NCBI GenBank assembly: GCA_947591455.1
Contig: CANQDC010000002.1
Span: forward strand, 1-53,410
Direction of reading: 5' to 3'
DNA: 53,410 bases
Source: an uncultured Bacilli bacterium
GTDB lineage: Bacteria > Bacillota_I > Bacilli_A > RF39 > UBA660
Shown here: piece after piece, positions 10,401-19,653 of the stretch
Position numbering within the stretch: position 1 is the first letter of the stretch
How the letters are laid out: each line of letters starts with the position of its first letter
The notes under the pieces: generated by a model
Seen by the model: the letters and a program-made list of their open reading frames with translations, nothing else
The model's database searches: none
Told to the model about the DNA's origin: nothing
Position numbers and translations under genes: made by a program

Positions 10401-10713
10401 TAACTATAATATGTTTCCCTTTTTCAACCAGACGCAAAGTCTCTAATCGCTTCACTTGTAAATCGGGAGAAGCTGCCAGGGCAACAGAAGATAAAAAATC
10501 ATCCATTGGAAAAAGAAGTACATCGTTTGTATACGTACTTAAACCAGTAAATATTCGATTACATTCATATAATGAATTAGCAACCACCAATAAATTTTCC
10601 TGTTTCTTCTGAAACATAGCAAATATATAAAGTAAATTTAATTCATTCGTTAATCCCGTAACCTGAATATTTGTATCCAATTGAAACTTATTTATTAACC
10701 AATCCATAATCAT
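7492..10713 (-). CDS. mfd: transcription-repair coupling factor Mfd
   Basis: 1073 aa with LLCGDVGFGKTEVA (Walker A), VVDEEQRFG (DEEQ box) and LYQLRGRVGRS. Confidence 0.95.
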   Translation of the reverse strand: MIMDWLINKFQLDTNIQVTGLTNELNLLYIFAMFQKKQENLLVVANSLYECNRIFTGLSTYTNDVLLFPMDDFLSSVALAASPDLQVKRLETLRLVEKGKHIIVTNLMGYLKFLPSITKKKSEILHENTEFSRDQLISLLEDFGYSRDSIVTSTGTYAVRGFILDVFLTLEDHPIRIEFFGNTIESIRYFDEETQLSLDKVSTITIYPFKELESDVHNSLLDYLKDPIVVYFNYQQIKVGYKKLSEDILEYKENNEISLETKYMFFLEELNPSKILYLETLNNTQRNQIPVSKFTSFEIENFRSNFELLQNKVFGWLQNKKAVVFCLSKNIQKKKILDLFPSARLQSTPEVGCVTILMQPLNKGFQFYDYVVLSEYDIEEVKNEQIKYRNNLKIGKKIKSIHNLKIGDYVVHRSHGIGIYNGIATLNQKGILKDFIQINYFGSDKVYIPVEKITSIYKYTDNDGAKPKINKLNSSSWELKKRQVQKKIKDISEELMKLYALRSKTKKVAYKDYPEEEVFASLFPYEETKDQLKAIEDIQKDLRSTIPMDRLLCGDVGFGKTEVAFRAIFKTVLNNKQVLYLCPTTILSKQQYTSAMQRFSEYPIEIALLNRFTTPKETKKILEDLEKGKIDILFGTHRLLSNDIHCKDLGLLVVDEEQRFGVSHKEKNKQLKNDINVLTLSATPIPRTLKMAMSGLRDLSIIDTAPVNRYPVQTYVTSENDLIIKDAIYKELTRNGQIFILYNKVASIEELCNRLRKMIPEARIHFAHGQMTKKELDSIMESFVYQEFDILVCTTIIETGIDIPNVNTLIIYDADHFGLSQLYQLRGRVGRSNRIAYAYFLYDKRKVLNDIAVKRLQAIKDFTELGSGYRIAMRDLSLRGAGDLLGSEQAGFIDSVGISLYLRMVDEEIKRLNGEMIEEEEDVQSLVNVNTHISDEYVSDEDVKIEIHQLINEVENEESLQKVKNILEDRFGKITSDMEIYMYEEWFEKLAKRLEITRVNQSKNSIEIEIPEKYSSQIKADKLFLESYNINPNFKFKYFNKKIIILLSFKENEKHFLYSIVPLIEMILKDLEI

Positions 10714-11264
10714 CCTCTACTATTATATTTACTTACTGTTTTAAGAAAATCATGTGTAATAAAAAAATTAATAATTTCTTTATAAGTATCCATTTGTAAA
10801 TTTAAATATTGTTGTTCTTCTTTTGTAAATTTTCCTAATACACAATTAATAGTATCTCCATTTTTATCATGAGAAATACCTATTTTTAAGCGCCCAAAAC
10901 CTTCACTATTTAAAGATTGAATAATGGATTGAATCCCCTTATGACCACCACTTGAACTATTCGTTTTTAATTTATATTTTTTAAAAGGTAAATCCATATC
11001 ATCTTGAATAACTAAAATATCCTCTGCTTGAATATCATAAAATTTTACAGCCTTTAAAACAGAATTTCCTGACAAGTTCATGAAAGTTTGAGGTTTTAAA
11101 AATAAAACCTTTTCATTATCAATCGTTAAAATTTGATAAAGTCCATCAAACTTTTTTTTCCAATTTTGATTGTCGATATATGAATCTAAAATCAGAAAAC
11201 CGACATTATGACGAGTATTTTCATATTCTTTTCCAGGATTTCCTAAACCAACAATAAGTTTCAT
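10710..11264 (-). CDS. pth: peptidyl-tRNA hydrolase
   Basis: MKLIVGLGNPGKEYENTRHNVGF. ATG at 11264 has an AGGAAG SD. Confidence 0.95.
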   Translation of the reverse strand: MKLIVGLGNPGKEYENTRHNVGFLILDSYIDNQNWKKKFDGLYQILTIDNEKVLFLKPQTFMNLSGNSVLKAVKFYDIQAEDILVIQDDMDLPFKKYKLKTNSSSGGHKGIQSIIQSLNSEGFGRLKIGISHDKNGDTINCVLGKFTKEEQQYLNLQMDTYKEIINFFITHDFLKTVSKYNSRG

Positions 11265-11269
11265 AATAG

Positions 11270-11977
11270 TCACTTCCTAAATATATTTTTATAACTTTTA
11301 TAATCTTCAATAAATACAGGAGGCATTATTTTTACACCATTTTTTGCCTCTTTTACACATTTTATCAAAACTATATTAGCACTTTTCCCTTTTTTTGTAT
11401 AAATAAATTGTATTTTTTTAGCAATAATTTTATATTTATTACATAAACTTAATATTTCTTCCAATCGTTCAGGCAAGTGAACTAAATAAAAGACACCCTT
11501 ACTTTTTAAAGCATAATGAACAACTTGAAACAAATCTTCTAATCCTAATGTTATTTCATGACGCGCAATCGCTTTCACTTGATTACTATTAATTAAAGAA
11601 GTATTTGCATATTTGTAGTAAGGAGGATTAGCAACAATGATATTAAAATTATTTCCCGGGAAATAATTTTTAAGGTTTAAGATATCATCATGAATTAATT
11701 TTATTTGTTTTTCCTTTTTATTATATCTTACTGACTCCTGCGCTAATTGATAAATCTCTTTCTGAATTTCAAAAGCAACAATTGGATTTGAATAATAATA
11801 AGATAGAAGTAAAGAAACAGCTCCATTCCCAGCACATAGATCTAATATAGTATCAGAGTTATCCACATTATCCACAAATTCAGCTAATAAAATAGAATCT
11901 AATGAAAATTTAAAGTAATGATCATCTTGAAAAATTTTAAATCCTTCATAATCGTATAAATCATTGATTACTTTCAT
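11270..11977 (-). CDS. yabB: SAM-dependent N6-adenine methyltransferase, YabB/TrmN6-like
   Basis: ILDLCAGNGAVSL (SAM motif I) and VANPPYY (motif IV). It sits in the yabB position downstream of yaaT. Confidence 0.75.
   Translation of the reverse strand: MKVINDLYDYEGFKIFQDDHYFKFSLDSILLAEFVDNVDNSDTILDLCAGNGAVSLLLSYYYSNPIVAFEIQKEIYQLAQESVRYNKKEKQIKLIHDDILNLKNYFPGNNFNIIVANPPYYKYANTSLINSNQVKAIARHEITLGLEDLFQVVHYALKSKGVFYLVHLPERLEEILSLCNKYKIIAKKIQFIYTKKGKSANIVLIKCVKEAKNGVKIMPPVFIEDYKSYKNIFRK
11645..11670. other. 26-bp perfect palindrome with a Noc-binding-site (NBS) core ATTTCCCGGGAAAT, inside a CDS
   Basis: AAAATTATTTCCCGGGAAATAATTTT is identical to the copy at 28411-28436. Here it encodes KNYFPGNNF of the methyltransferase. 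Confidence 0.6.
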
Positions 11978-12749
11978 TATTTAAATGAATCTCCACAATT
12001 TCATTGCCTGTATTTACTTTAAGGGTACGATTTAAAATATCTACAGAAGTAACTACTCCTTGAATATCTCCATAGGTTACTTTTGCACCAATGTTAGGTA
12101 AACCTTTTTTTGATTCTTGATAACATTGATCTTCATAAGTTAAACAACATAACAATCGTCCACAACAACCATTTATTTTTGAAGGATTTAACGCTAAATT
12201 TTGATTTTTTGCCATGTTCATTGACACGGATTCCAGTGTTCTTAGAAATGTGCTGCAACAAAGTGTTCTTCCACAAGATCCAATACCACCCACACTACTT
12301 GCTTTATCTCTAGCTCCAATTTGATGCAATTCAATTCTTGTTTTATAAATACTAGCCAGTTTTTTAGTCAAATCTCTAAAGTCAATTCTTTCATCGGCAG
12401 TAAAATTAAACAACAATTGTTTTCTATCAAACGTATAAGATGCGGATAAAAAATGCATATCTAAGTTCAATTCAGTAGCAATCATTTGAGCTTTCTTTAA
12501 AGCTTGCTCTGCATCTTTTAAATTTTTTAAATATTGCTTATAATCCTCTTTCGTCGTTAAACGAAGAATTTTTTTAATAGAATTTTTTTCTTCCACAGTA
12601 GATTCATCTACTTTTTCTACTATTTTTCCATATTGTAAACCTTTTTCAGTTTCCACAATCACATTTACATTCATATGAATATTTAAATTTTGAGCATCAA
12701 AATAATAGATTTTTCCAGTTTCAGTAAATTTAACTCCATAAATATTCAT
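11961..12749 (-). CDS. ricT: PSP1-domain protein YaaT/RicT (stage 0 sporulation / RNase Y adaptor complex)
   Basis: MNIYGVKFTETGKIYYFD... plus the Cys clusters GSCGRTLCCSTFL and NGCCGRLLCCLTYE. Confidence 0.9.
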   Translation of the reverse strand: MNIYGVKFTETGKIYYFDAQNLNIHMNVNVIVETEKGLQYGKIVEKVDESTVEEKNSIKKILRLTTKEDYKQYLKNLKDAEQALKKAQMIATELNLDMHFLSASYTFDRKQLLFNFTADERIDFRDLTKKLASIYKTRIELHQIGARDKASSVGGIGSCGRTLCCSTFLRTLESVSMNMAKNQNLALNPSKINGCCGRLLCCLTYEDQCYQESKKGLPNIGAKVTYGDIQGVVTSVDILNRTLKVNTGNEIVEIHLNNESNQ

Positions 12750-12752
12750 TTT

Positions 12753-13574
12753 TTAATCCTCCAGACTCAATACAAAACTATCCATAAGTAAGTTCACATT
12801 TATATTATAATTTAATTTTTCTAACAAATCATTAACTAATTGAATACGTTGCATTATTTTTTTAATATTATAATTACTTAACGCAGACAAATTTTCATAA
12901 ATCACTTTTCCATTTAATAATTGAAGATAAAAATCTAAAATAATTTGAAAAAATGAAATCATTTGATCTTTATTTAAATCTTGGTCTAAAATTTCCTTAT
13001 TATAAACAATTCCTTTAGTTTTTATAATTTCAATATTGTTTATATAAGAAATAGCTAAATTCACCAATTCAGGATCCCAGGATGATTGAGAGATTGAATA
13101 AAATGCTTTTACTAATTCACAGCGACTTTTAATCGTAGGGATAACATTTTCTTTATTGTTTGTAATTAAAAATCCCACTGTATTTTCTGCAGGTTCTTCA
13201 ATAAATTTAAGCATAGTATTCGCAGAAGAATTATTAAATTTCTCCGCATCATTAATTATATAAATATTATATTTAGAAATATAAGGTTTATGGGAAAATA
13301 ATAATTTTAATTCTTCCATTTGAGATTTCCGTATGGCTTGTCCATCTGGATAGATAACAGATAAAGAGGGTAATGTTTGGTTATCAATTAGATGACATAT
13401 ATTACATTTTGTACATTTTTGGGTATAATCTTGAGAACAATTCATATGTTTAATCAGAATAAGTAAATCGTTCAAAACTTCTTTTTTAGAATTTGTTTCA
13501 ATTAAAAAAATATGAGAAAATCGATTCTCATGAAATTTATGTAATAAATTATTTATATTTTCATTATTTATCAT
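12753..13574 (-). CDS. holB: DNA polymerase III delta' subunit
   Basis: Contains FSHIFLIE, a CxxC...C cluster (CTKCNICH), NSSANTMLKFIEEP and TIKSRC (sensor). It lies upstream of yaaT, as in Bacilli. Confidence 0.8.
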   Translation of the reverse strand: MINNENINNLLHKFHENRFSHIFLIETNSKKEVLNDLLILIKHMNCSQDYTQKCTKCNICHLIDNQTLPSLSVIYPDGQAIRKSQMEELKLLFSHKPYISKYNIYIINDAEKFNNSSANTMLKFIEEPAENTVGFLITNNKENVIPTIKSRCELVKAFYSISQSSWDPELVNLAISYINNIEIIKTKGIVYNKEILDQDLNKDQMISFFQIILDFYLQLLNGKVIYENLSALSNYNIKKIMQRIQLVNDLLEKLNYNINVNLLMDSFVLSLED

Positions 13575-13589
13575 AGCTAATACCTTTCT

Positions 13590-13787
13590 TTATCTTATAA
13601 TAAAGAACATAATAATTAAAGAGATTAAACCGGGAATTCCTAAACATGTAATAGTAGTCACGCTAAATAAGTTAATTGGTATGACGATATTAAAAGAATT
13701 AATTAATAAATTTAAACCATACAATACCAAAAAAGCAAATACTATTTTCTTTACAATAGATACTAATTTTATAAGCATTTTAATCAC
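13590..13787 (-). CDS. bofA: pro-sigma-K processing inhibitor BofA
   Basis: The C-terminal IPINLFSVTTITCLGIPGLISLIIMFFII matches the BofA signature (VPINLVTT...GILGIPG). It lies downstream of recR, as in B. subtilis. Confidence 0.75.
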   Translation of the reverse strand: MIKMLIKLVSIVKKIVFAFLVLYGLNLLINSFNIVIPINLFSVTTITCLGIPGLISLIIMFFIIR

Positions 13788-13818
13788 CTATAAAACTATA
13801 TGTTGACAAGCCATCAAA

Positions 13819-14421
13819 TTATTCAGATATTTTTTTTCGATCAGTTAATGCTGTTTTTAATGTAATTCCATCAATATAATCAATATCTGCTCCTATTGGA
13901 ATTCCATAGGATAATCTAGAGATTATAACGTCCTTTCCTTCCAAAAGTTTTTTTATAAATAAAGTAGTTGTTTGTCCTTCAATACCAGGCTTTAAAGCTA
14001 AAATTAATTCAACATGATCTAAATTTTCGACTCTATTTAATAATGAAGATATATTAATATCATCATAACCTATTCCTTCAGTAGGTGATATTAACCCATT
14101 TAAAACATGATAAGTACCTTGATACGTACCCACTCTTTCAAAAGTAAAAACACCTTTATAATCTTCGATAACACATATCATATTCTTATCTCTATTTTCA
14201 TCACTACAAATAGCACAAATTTCTTGATCTGTTAAATGTCCACAATTTTTACAAGGATGTAAATTCTTCTTAGCAGATACCAAAGAATGACTAAAATTAT
14301 TAACTTGTTCCTCATCAAGTTCCAATGTTGCTAAAGCTAATCGCTCCGCACTTTTTTCGCCAATTCCTGGTAATTTTTTATAATGTTCAATTATATCCTC
14401 TAACTCCTTAGGGTAAATCAT
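13819..14421 (-). CDS. recR: recombination protein RecR
   Basis: LPGIGEKSAERLA (HhH), the CKNCGHLTDQEICAIC zinc finger and a Toprim region. Confidence 0.95.
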   Translation of the reverse strand: MIYPKELEDIIEHYKKLPGIGEKSAERLALATLELDEEQVNNFSHSLVSAKKNLHPCKNCGHLTDQEICAICSDENRDKNMICVIEDYKGVFTFERVGTYQGTYHVLNGLISPTEGIGYDDINISSLLNRVENLDHVELILALKPGIEGQTTTLFIKKLLEGKDVIISRLSYGIPIGADIDYIDGITLKTALTDRKKISE

Positions 14422-14423
14422 TT

Positions 14424-14720
14424 CTAAAATAAACCACCTAAACCAGATCCTAAAGATCCTAATTTATTTTCTATTTCTTTATCAACTTTTGATAGTGCAT
14501 CCTTTATCGCTAATTGAACCATATCTTCCAATATTTCGATATCATCTTCTTGATAACTTTGAGGTTTTATTTTAATAGAAGTCATTTCCTTTTTTCCATT
14601 AAAAACAACTTCAACAAATTCACTTTTTCCTTCAAATAAAGTATTATCGATTTCTTCTTTCTTTTTTTGAATATCTCTTTGCATTTTTTGAGCTTGAGCC
14701 ATTAAATTTTGCATATTCAT
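14424..14720 (-). CDS. yaaK: YbaB/EbfC nucleoid-associated protein
   Basis: MNMQNLMAQAQKMQRDIQKKKEEI...GLGGLF. It lies between dnaX and recR. Confidence 0.9.
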   Translation of the reverse strand: MNMQNLMAQAQKMQRDIQKKKEEIDNTLFEGKSEFVEVVFNGKKEMTSIKIKPQSYQEDDIEILEDMVQLAIKDALSKVDKEIENKLGSLGSGLGGLF

Positions 14721-14798
14721 AATTATTCCTTCTTTCTAGAAACTATCTACTTTTTTATCTTACAATAGTTTATTTAAATTTACAATTATTATATAAAT

Positions 14799-16442
14799 TT
14801 ATTTTATTTCTAGTTTATCTTGATTAAAAATTGATAAAATATCATCCGCTTCTGATGACGAATCAACGGAATCTTGATTAGTGAAATCATCACTTTGATT
14901 ACTATTTGTAAACACAGGTTCATTCTTTATTTCATAATGATACCCAGATTTTAATTTTTCCAAATAAGCATTTTTTTCTATTTCCCATTTTTCTTTCGAA
15001 ATAGCGGCAAATTTGATCGAAACACCCAAAACATCTTTATAATTTTTTTCTATTAGTTCCAAATTTTTATTTAATAAATTCACAGCACTCTCTTGCGAAT
15101 GAACAATGATATTTATGACTGGAGAAGCTAAAACTACATCGCAATCAACAATAAAGGATTTAACATCATTAGGCAAACTATTGTTTGTTAAAAATACATC
15201 CCACTGTTTTTTAGATTCTTTTAAATTATTTTTATTTGCTTCAACAAAACAATTATTAATTCGTATCGGAATAAGTTCTTGTAAATAGCGAACATATTCC
15301 TGATTTATTTTGTCTAACTCATTATTCTTTTCTTCTAATTCAACCCCATTCGACTCAATAGTTTTTTCTGATTTTGGTTTTTCTTCAGATAACTTTATAT
15401 CTTCTTTAGTAGAATCAATATCATCCAAATTTTCTACAAATATCATAAACATTAACAAAAAAGGATCAATATTAATATTTATTTTATTTATTAAATCATT
15501 TAATTCAAAGATAACCTTTTTCAATTTCATAAACTGTTTAGAATCATTTTGTTGTTTTCTATTCATAGAAGTTACATATAACTCATCAATCATCTTTTTG
15601 ATAAAGGTCTTATAATCTATGGATTCTTTAGACAATTGGTCAAATATTGTTTTTAATTGGCCAAAGTCATTATTTAAAAATACATCCACAATTTTTTTAA
15701 TTTGTAATAAAGATACAGAACCATAATTTTGCAATACAGAATCTAAAGTAATAGAAGATTCACTTGTGGATAACTGGTTTAATATACTTAAAGCATCTCG
15801 TAATCCTCCATCAGACAAATAAGTAATTTCCTGCAACGCGTCTGGAGTAATCGTAATATTTTCCTTTTCACAAATACTAGTTAATTGTTCCAATATATCT
15901 TGATCATCAATTTTCTTAAAATCATACCGTTGGCACCGAGATAAAATAGTGATCGGAACACTTTCAATATTCGTTGTGGCCAAAATAAATACAATATGTG
16001 CTGGAGGTTCTTCTAAAGTCAGCAAAAGAGCATTAAATGCACTTTGAGATAACATATGGACTTCATCTATTATATATACTTTATATTTACTATAAGAAGG
16101 AGCTATTTTAACATTGTTGATAAGTTCTCTAATTTCATCAACGCCATTATTAGAAGCCGCATCGATTTCTATGATATCAGCATTCCGATTTATATTTTTA
16201 CAACTATCACATGTTTCACATGGAACACCATTTTCCGAATGTTCACAATTAATCGTTTTAGCAAATATTTTTGCAGTACTCGTTTTTCCAGTACCTCTAG
16301 GTCCCGTGAAAATATATGCATGAGATAATTTATTGTTAATTATCGCATTTTTAAGCATCATGATTGTATACTTTTGTCCCACAACCTCTTCAAAATTTTT
16401 GGGTCTGTATTTTCGATATAATACCTTATATTCTGAATTCAT
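14799..16442 (-). CDS. dnaX: DNA polymerase III subunit tau/gamma
   Basis: LYRKYRPKNFEEVVGQ, GPRGTGKTS, a CETCDSC zinc module, IIDEVHMLS and SRCQRY. Confidence 0.95.
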   Translation of the reverse strand: MNSEYKVLYRKYRPKNFEEVVGQKYTIMMLKNAIINNKLSHAYIFTGPRGTGKTSTAKIFAKTINCEHSENGVPCETCDSCKNINRNADIIEIDAASNNGVDEIRELINNVKIAPSYSKYKVYIIDEVHMLSQSAFNALLLTLEEPPAHIVFILATTNIESVPITILSRCQRYDFKKIDDQDILEQLTSICEKENITITPDALQEITYLSDGGLRDALSILNQLSTSESSITLDSVLQNYGSVSLLQIKKIVDVFLNNDFGQLKTIFDQLSKESIDYKTFIKKMIDELYVTSMNRKQQNDSKQFMKLKKVIFELNDLINKININIDPFLLMFMIFVENLDDIDSTKEDIKLSEEKPKSEKTIESNGVELEEKNNELDKINQEYVRYLQELIPIRINNCFVEANKNNLKESKKQWDVFLTNNSLPNDVKSFIVDCDVVLASPVINIIVHSQESAVNLLNKNLELIEKNYKDVLGVSIKFAAISKEKWEIEKNAYLEKLKSGYHYEIKNEPVFTNSNQSDDFTNQDSVDSSSEADDILSIFNQDKLEIK

Positions 16443-16485
16443 AAGCTTGTTTCACCTAATTCATTATAACATAATTAGGATTCAT

Positions 16486-16905
16486 TTAACGCATTTTTTT
16501 AAAGAAATTTGATAATAAATGTTGATAAGTATCCATAAAATTTTTATGTTCTATAAAAGACATATTTGTTTTAGAAAATTCCTTTTTATTTAATGGTTTT
16601 TCCAAGAAATAATATACCTTTTCAATTCGACTTTGTTTAATTATTTCTTCGCACATCTTACATGGTTTCAGTGAAACATACAAAATACAATCATTTAGAT
16701 TCCATCTTTTTAATTTTTTTGCTGCTTTTTTTATTGCTAATACTTCAGCATGAGCTGTAATATCTTTTTTTTGTTCTTTTTTATTATAAGATGATGAAAT
16801 GATTTTATTATTCTGTACAATTAATGCTGAAACAGGTATCTCATTCCTTTTTATTGATTTATATAATAATTTTTCTAATTTTTTTAAAATATTTTTTTCA
16901 TTCAT
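16486..16905 (-). CDS. tadA: tRNA-specific adenosine deaminase TadA
   Basis: HAEVLAIKKA and PCKMCEEII (CDA zinc motifs). ATG at 16905 has a GGAGA SD. The track's 16998 start reads through the SRP RNA. Confidence 0.9.
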   Translation of the reverse strand: MNEKNILKKLEKLLYKSIKRNEIPVSALIVQNNKIISSSYNKKEQKKDITAHAEVLAIKKAAKKLKRWNLNDCILYVSLKPCKMCEEIIKQSRIEKVYYFLEKPLNKKEFSKTNMSFIEHKNFMDTYQHLLSNFFKKMR

Positions 16906-16927
16906 TGACTCTATCTCCATAAAAAAA

Positions 16928-16998
16928 GTGCACACGAATAGGGACTGACGTGGCTGCTGTTTTCCAACTCTGACCAGATTACAATATATCCGTTGCAC
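16928..16998 (-). ncRNA. ffs: short (4.5S-type) signal recognition particle RNA
   Basis: The minus strand reads GTGCAACGGATAT...CTGGTCAGAGTTGGAAAACAGCAGCCACGTCAG...TATTCGTGTGCAC. The conserved domain IV GGUCAG..GGAA..AGCAGCC is present. The 5' and 3' ends pair, and a T7 run follows (plus 16921-16927). Confidence 0.75.
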
Positions 16999-17004
16999 GT
17001 CATG

Positions 17005-17033
17005 ATAATATCATTTTCTTTACTAATTTGCAA
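17005..17033 (-). promoter_or_regulatory. sigma-A promoter for the SRP RNA
   Basis: TTGCAA (17033-17028), a 17-nt spacer, then TATTAT (17010-17005). It ends 6 nt upstream of the SRP RNA 5' G. Confidence 0.65.
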
Positions 17034-17044
17034 TATGTTTTATA

Positions 17045-17060
17045 TGTTTCACGTGAAACA
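17045..17060. other. parS: parS centromere-like site, perfect palindrome TGTTTCACGTGAAACA
   Basis: Matches the B. subtilis parS consensus TGTTNCACGTGAAACA. The 18-bp ATGTTTCACGTGAAACAT is identical to the second copy. Confidence 0.7.
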
Positions 17061-17164
17061 TTGTAGATATAAATCAATTATTTATTATTTTAGATCTGAT
17101 TTTTAAAATAATATTTTCTTTTGGATTTTAAAAAATTTTATTATTTAACAAATTTATTTTTAAT

Positions 17165-17200
17165 AAAAAAAAATAGAAATGTTTCACGTGAAACATTTCT
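17165..17200 (-). terminator. intrinsic terminator of gyrA, with a stem built around the parS palindrome
   Basis: AGAAATGTTTCAC/GTGAAACATTTCT forms a 13-bp stem, followed on the minus strand by A then T9. It overlaps the gyrA TAG stop. Confidence 0.7.
17180..17195. other. parS: parS centromere-like site, perfect palindrome TGTTTCACGTGAAACA
   Basis: Second identical copy, 135 bp from the first. It is embedded in the gyrA terminator stem. Confidence 0.7.
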
Positions 17201-19649
17201 ATTCATTTTCTTCGTCTGCTTCTTGTTCTATTGTTTTATCAACTAAACTAATAGTAGAAACTTCTTGATTTTCTTTTAAATTTATTAAACGTACTCCCTG
17301 TGTAACACGTCCTAAAATATTTATTTGTTCCAAAGGTACTCTAATAATCATTCCAGTATTCGTTACAATGACAAGATCACTATTTTCATGTGATAACTTA
17401 AATGCGGCCATATCACCATTCTTATCCGTTACTTGTAAAGCCTTAACTCCTTTACTTCCACGTTTTGTTTGACGATAATCACATACATTTGTTTGCTTTC
17501 CGTAACCCTTCTTTGTAACAATAATTAATATATCTTGATCGCTAGCTTTTTCAGCCCCAATACAAGTATTTCCTTCTAACGTAATTCCTCGAACACCACT
17601 GGCCGTTCTTCCCATAACACGTACTTCATTTTCATTAAATTTAACCATTCTACCATCACTAGATCCTAGTAATATAGAATCATCTCCAGTAGTCTTTTGA
17701 ACCGAAATTAATTCATCAGTATCCTTCAAACTTATACAAATTTTCCCACTTGTACGAATATTATCAAATTCATTGATAGAAGTTCTTTTAACAAGACCAT
17801 GTTTAGTTGCAAATAGTAAATATTTAGCCGTATCTTCTTTTTGAATACTCAATATAGAATTAATCTTTTCATCTTTTTCAATTTGTAACAAATTAATAAT
17901 TGGTAATCCTTTAGATTGACGACTAAACTCTGGGATCTCATACCCTTTTAAACGATATACCTTACCTTTATTTGTAAAGAATAAAATAAAATCATGTGTG
18001 GATAACGAAGACAAATGCTCCACAAAGTCCTCTTCGTTGGTATTCATTCCCTTAACACCTACGCCACCTCTTCTTTGAGATTTAAATGTATCAGCCGTGG
18101 TACGTTTAATATAACCATTGTGGGTAAGTGCAATCATAATATCTTGTTCCGGAATTAAAGACTCATCTTCAATAAATTCAATGGCTGACATATCAATATT
18201 CGTACGTCTTTCATCCGCATATTTATTTTTAATTTCTAACAATTCGGCACGAATAATTGCTAAAACCTTTTCTTCACTAGCTAAAATACTATGATATTCC
18301 TCAATAGCCTTTAGTAAATCTGCTAATTCATTTTCAATTTTATCTCTTTCTAAACCAGTCAAGCGACGTAATCTCATATCTAAAATGGCAGTCGCTTGAA
18401 TATCATCTAAACCAAATCGACTTATTAATTGTTCTTTAGCAACAACATCCGTTTCTGCTTCTCTAATTATTTTAATTACTTCATCCAAATTATCTAAAGC
18501 AATTTTTAATCCTTCTAAAATATGAACTCGCTCTTCGGCTTTATTTAAATCATATTTTGTTCGACGAATAATAATTTCCTTTTGATAATCAATATACTTC
18601 ACGATTATATCTTTAAGAGGTAATATTTTTGGACTTTTTTGATCGATCATTAAGAAATTAATACCATAAGTAGTTTGTAACTGTGTATATTTATATAAAT
18701 TATTTAGAACTACATTCGCATTAGCATCCCTTTTAATGTAGATAACTACTCGTACTGGATTTTCTAAATTTGATTCTTCATGGATATCACTAATTCCATC
18801 GATAATTTTATCACGAACAAGTTCCCCGATTCGAGTTTGAAATTCAGCTTTATTTACTTTATAAGGAAGAGCTGTAACAATAATTCTTGTCTTTCCACCA
18901 ACTTCTTCAATATTAGCAGTCCCACGAATAGTAATAGTACCTCTACCAGTTTCATAAGCTTTTTTAATTCCACTATTTCCTAAAATACTAGCTCCTGTTG
19001 GAAAATCAGGTCCTTTAATATATTGCATAAGCCCATCTGTATCAATATCAGGATTATCAATATAAGCAACACAACCATCAATAACTTCCCCTAAATTATG
19101 TGGAGGAATATTAGTAGCCATACCAACAGCAATACCCATCGTACCATTAACTAAGATATTAGGAAATCTACATGGCAAAATTACTGGTTCATTTTCTGTT
19201 TCCTCAAAATTTGGAACGAAATCAACCGTATTTTTATTTAAATCACGAACCATTTCTAACGATAGCTTAGATAATCGAGCTTCTGTATAACGCATAGCTG
19301 CCGCGCCATCGCCATCCATATTACCAAAATTTCCATGACCATCAACTAACATATGTCGATAAGTAAAATTTTGAGCCATTCCTACCATAGCTTCATAAAT
19401 AGAAGAATCCCCATGAGGATGATATTTACCCATAACATCCCCAACGATTCTGGCACTTTTCCGATGAGGTTTATCAGGAGTATAACCAGACTCAAACATA
19501 GAATATAAAATCCGACGATGAACTGGCTTTAAACCATCCCGCAAATCAGGAATCGCTCGAGCAACAATAACACTCATAGAATATCGACCAAAGGAATTTT
19601 TAAACTCTTCAACAATATTTTTTTCTACAATCTTATCCATTTTCTTCAC
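17199..19649 (-). CDS. gyrA: DNA gyrase subunit A
   Basis: 816 aa with [30 protein letters not shown] (QRDR) and AAAMRYTE. Confidence 0.97.
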   Translation of the reverse strand: MKKMDKIVEKNIVEEFKNSFGRYSMSVIVARAIPDLRDGLKPVHRRILYSMFESGYTPDKPHRKSARIVGDVMGKYHPHGDSSIYEAMVGMAQNFTYRHMLVDGHGNFGNMDGDGAAAMRYTEARLSKLSLEMVRDLNKNTVDFVPNFEETENEPVILPCRFPNILVNGTMGIAVGMATNIPPHNLGEVIDGCVAYIDNPDIDTDGLMQYIKGPDFPTGASILGNSGIKKAYETGRGTITIRGTANIEEVGGKTRIIVTALPYKVNKAEFQTRIGELVRDKIIDGISDIHEESNLENPVRVVIYIKRDANANVVLNNLYKYTQLQTTYGINFLMIDQKSPKILPLKDIIVKYIDYQKEIIIRRTKYDLNKAEERVHILEGLKIALDNLDEVIKIIREAETDVVAKEQLISRFGLDDIQATAILDMRLRRLTGLERDKIENELADLLKAIEEYHSILASEEKVLAIIRAELLEIKNKYADERRTNIDMSAIEFIEDESLIPEQDIMIALTHNGYIKRTTADTFKSQRRGGVGVKGMNTNEEDFVEHLSSLSTHDFILFFTNKGKVYRLKGYEIPEFSRQSKGLPIINLLQIEKDEKINSILSIQKEDTAKYLLFATKHGLVKRTSINEFDNIRTSGKICISLKDTDELISVQKTTGDDSILLGSSDGRMVKFNENEVRVMGRTASGVRGITLEGNTCIGAEKASDQDILIIVTKKGYGKQTNVCDYRQTKRGSKGVKALQVTDKNGDMAAFKLSHENSDLVIVTNTGMIIRVPLEQINILGRVTQGVRLINLKENQEVSTISLVDKTIEQEADEENE

Positions 19650-19653
19650 CTCC

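Noticed and set aside
14799-16442. A programmed frameshift site in dnaX producing gamma.
   Set aside because: I noticed no A AAA AAG-type slippery heptamer with a downstream hairpin in the appropriate region. Firmicutes generally make only tau.
16906-16998. The N-terminal 31-aa extension of TadA in the ORF track (MQRIYCNLVRVGKQQPRQSLFVCTFFMEIES).
   Set aside because: It overlaps the SRP RNA and its T-run terminator. A good SD precedes the internal ATG at 16905, and TadA homology begins there.
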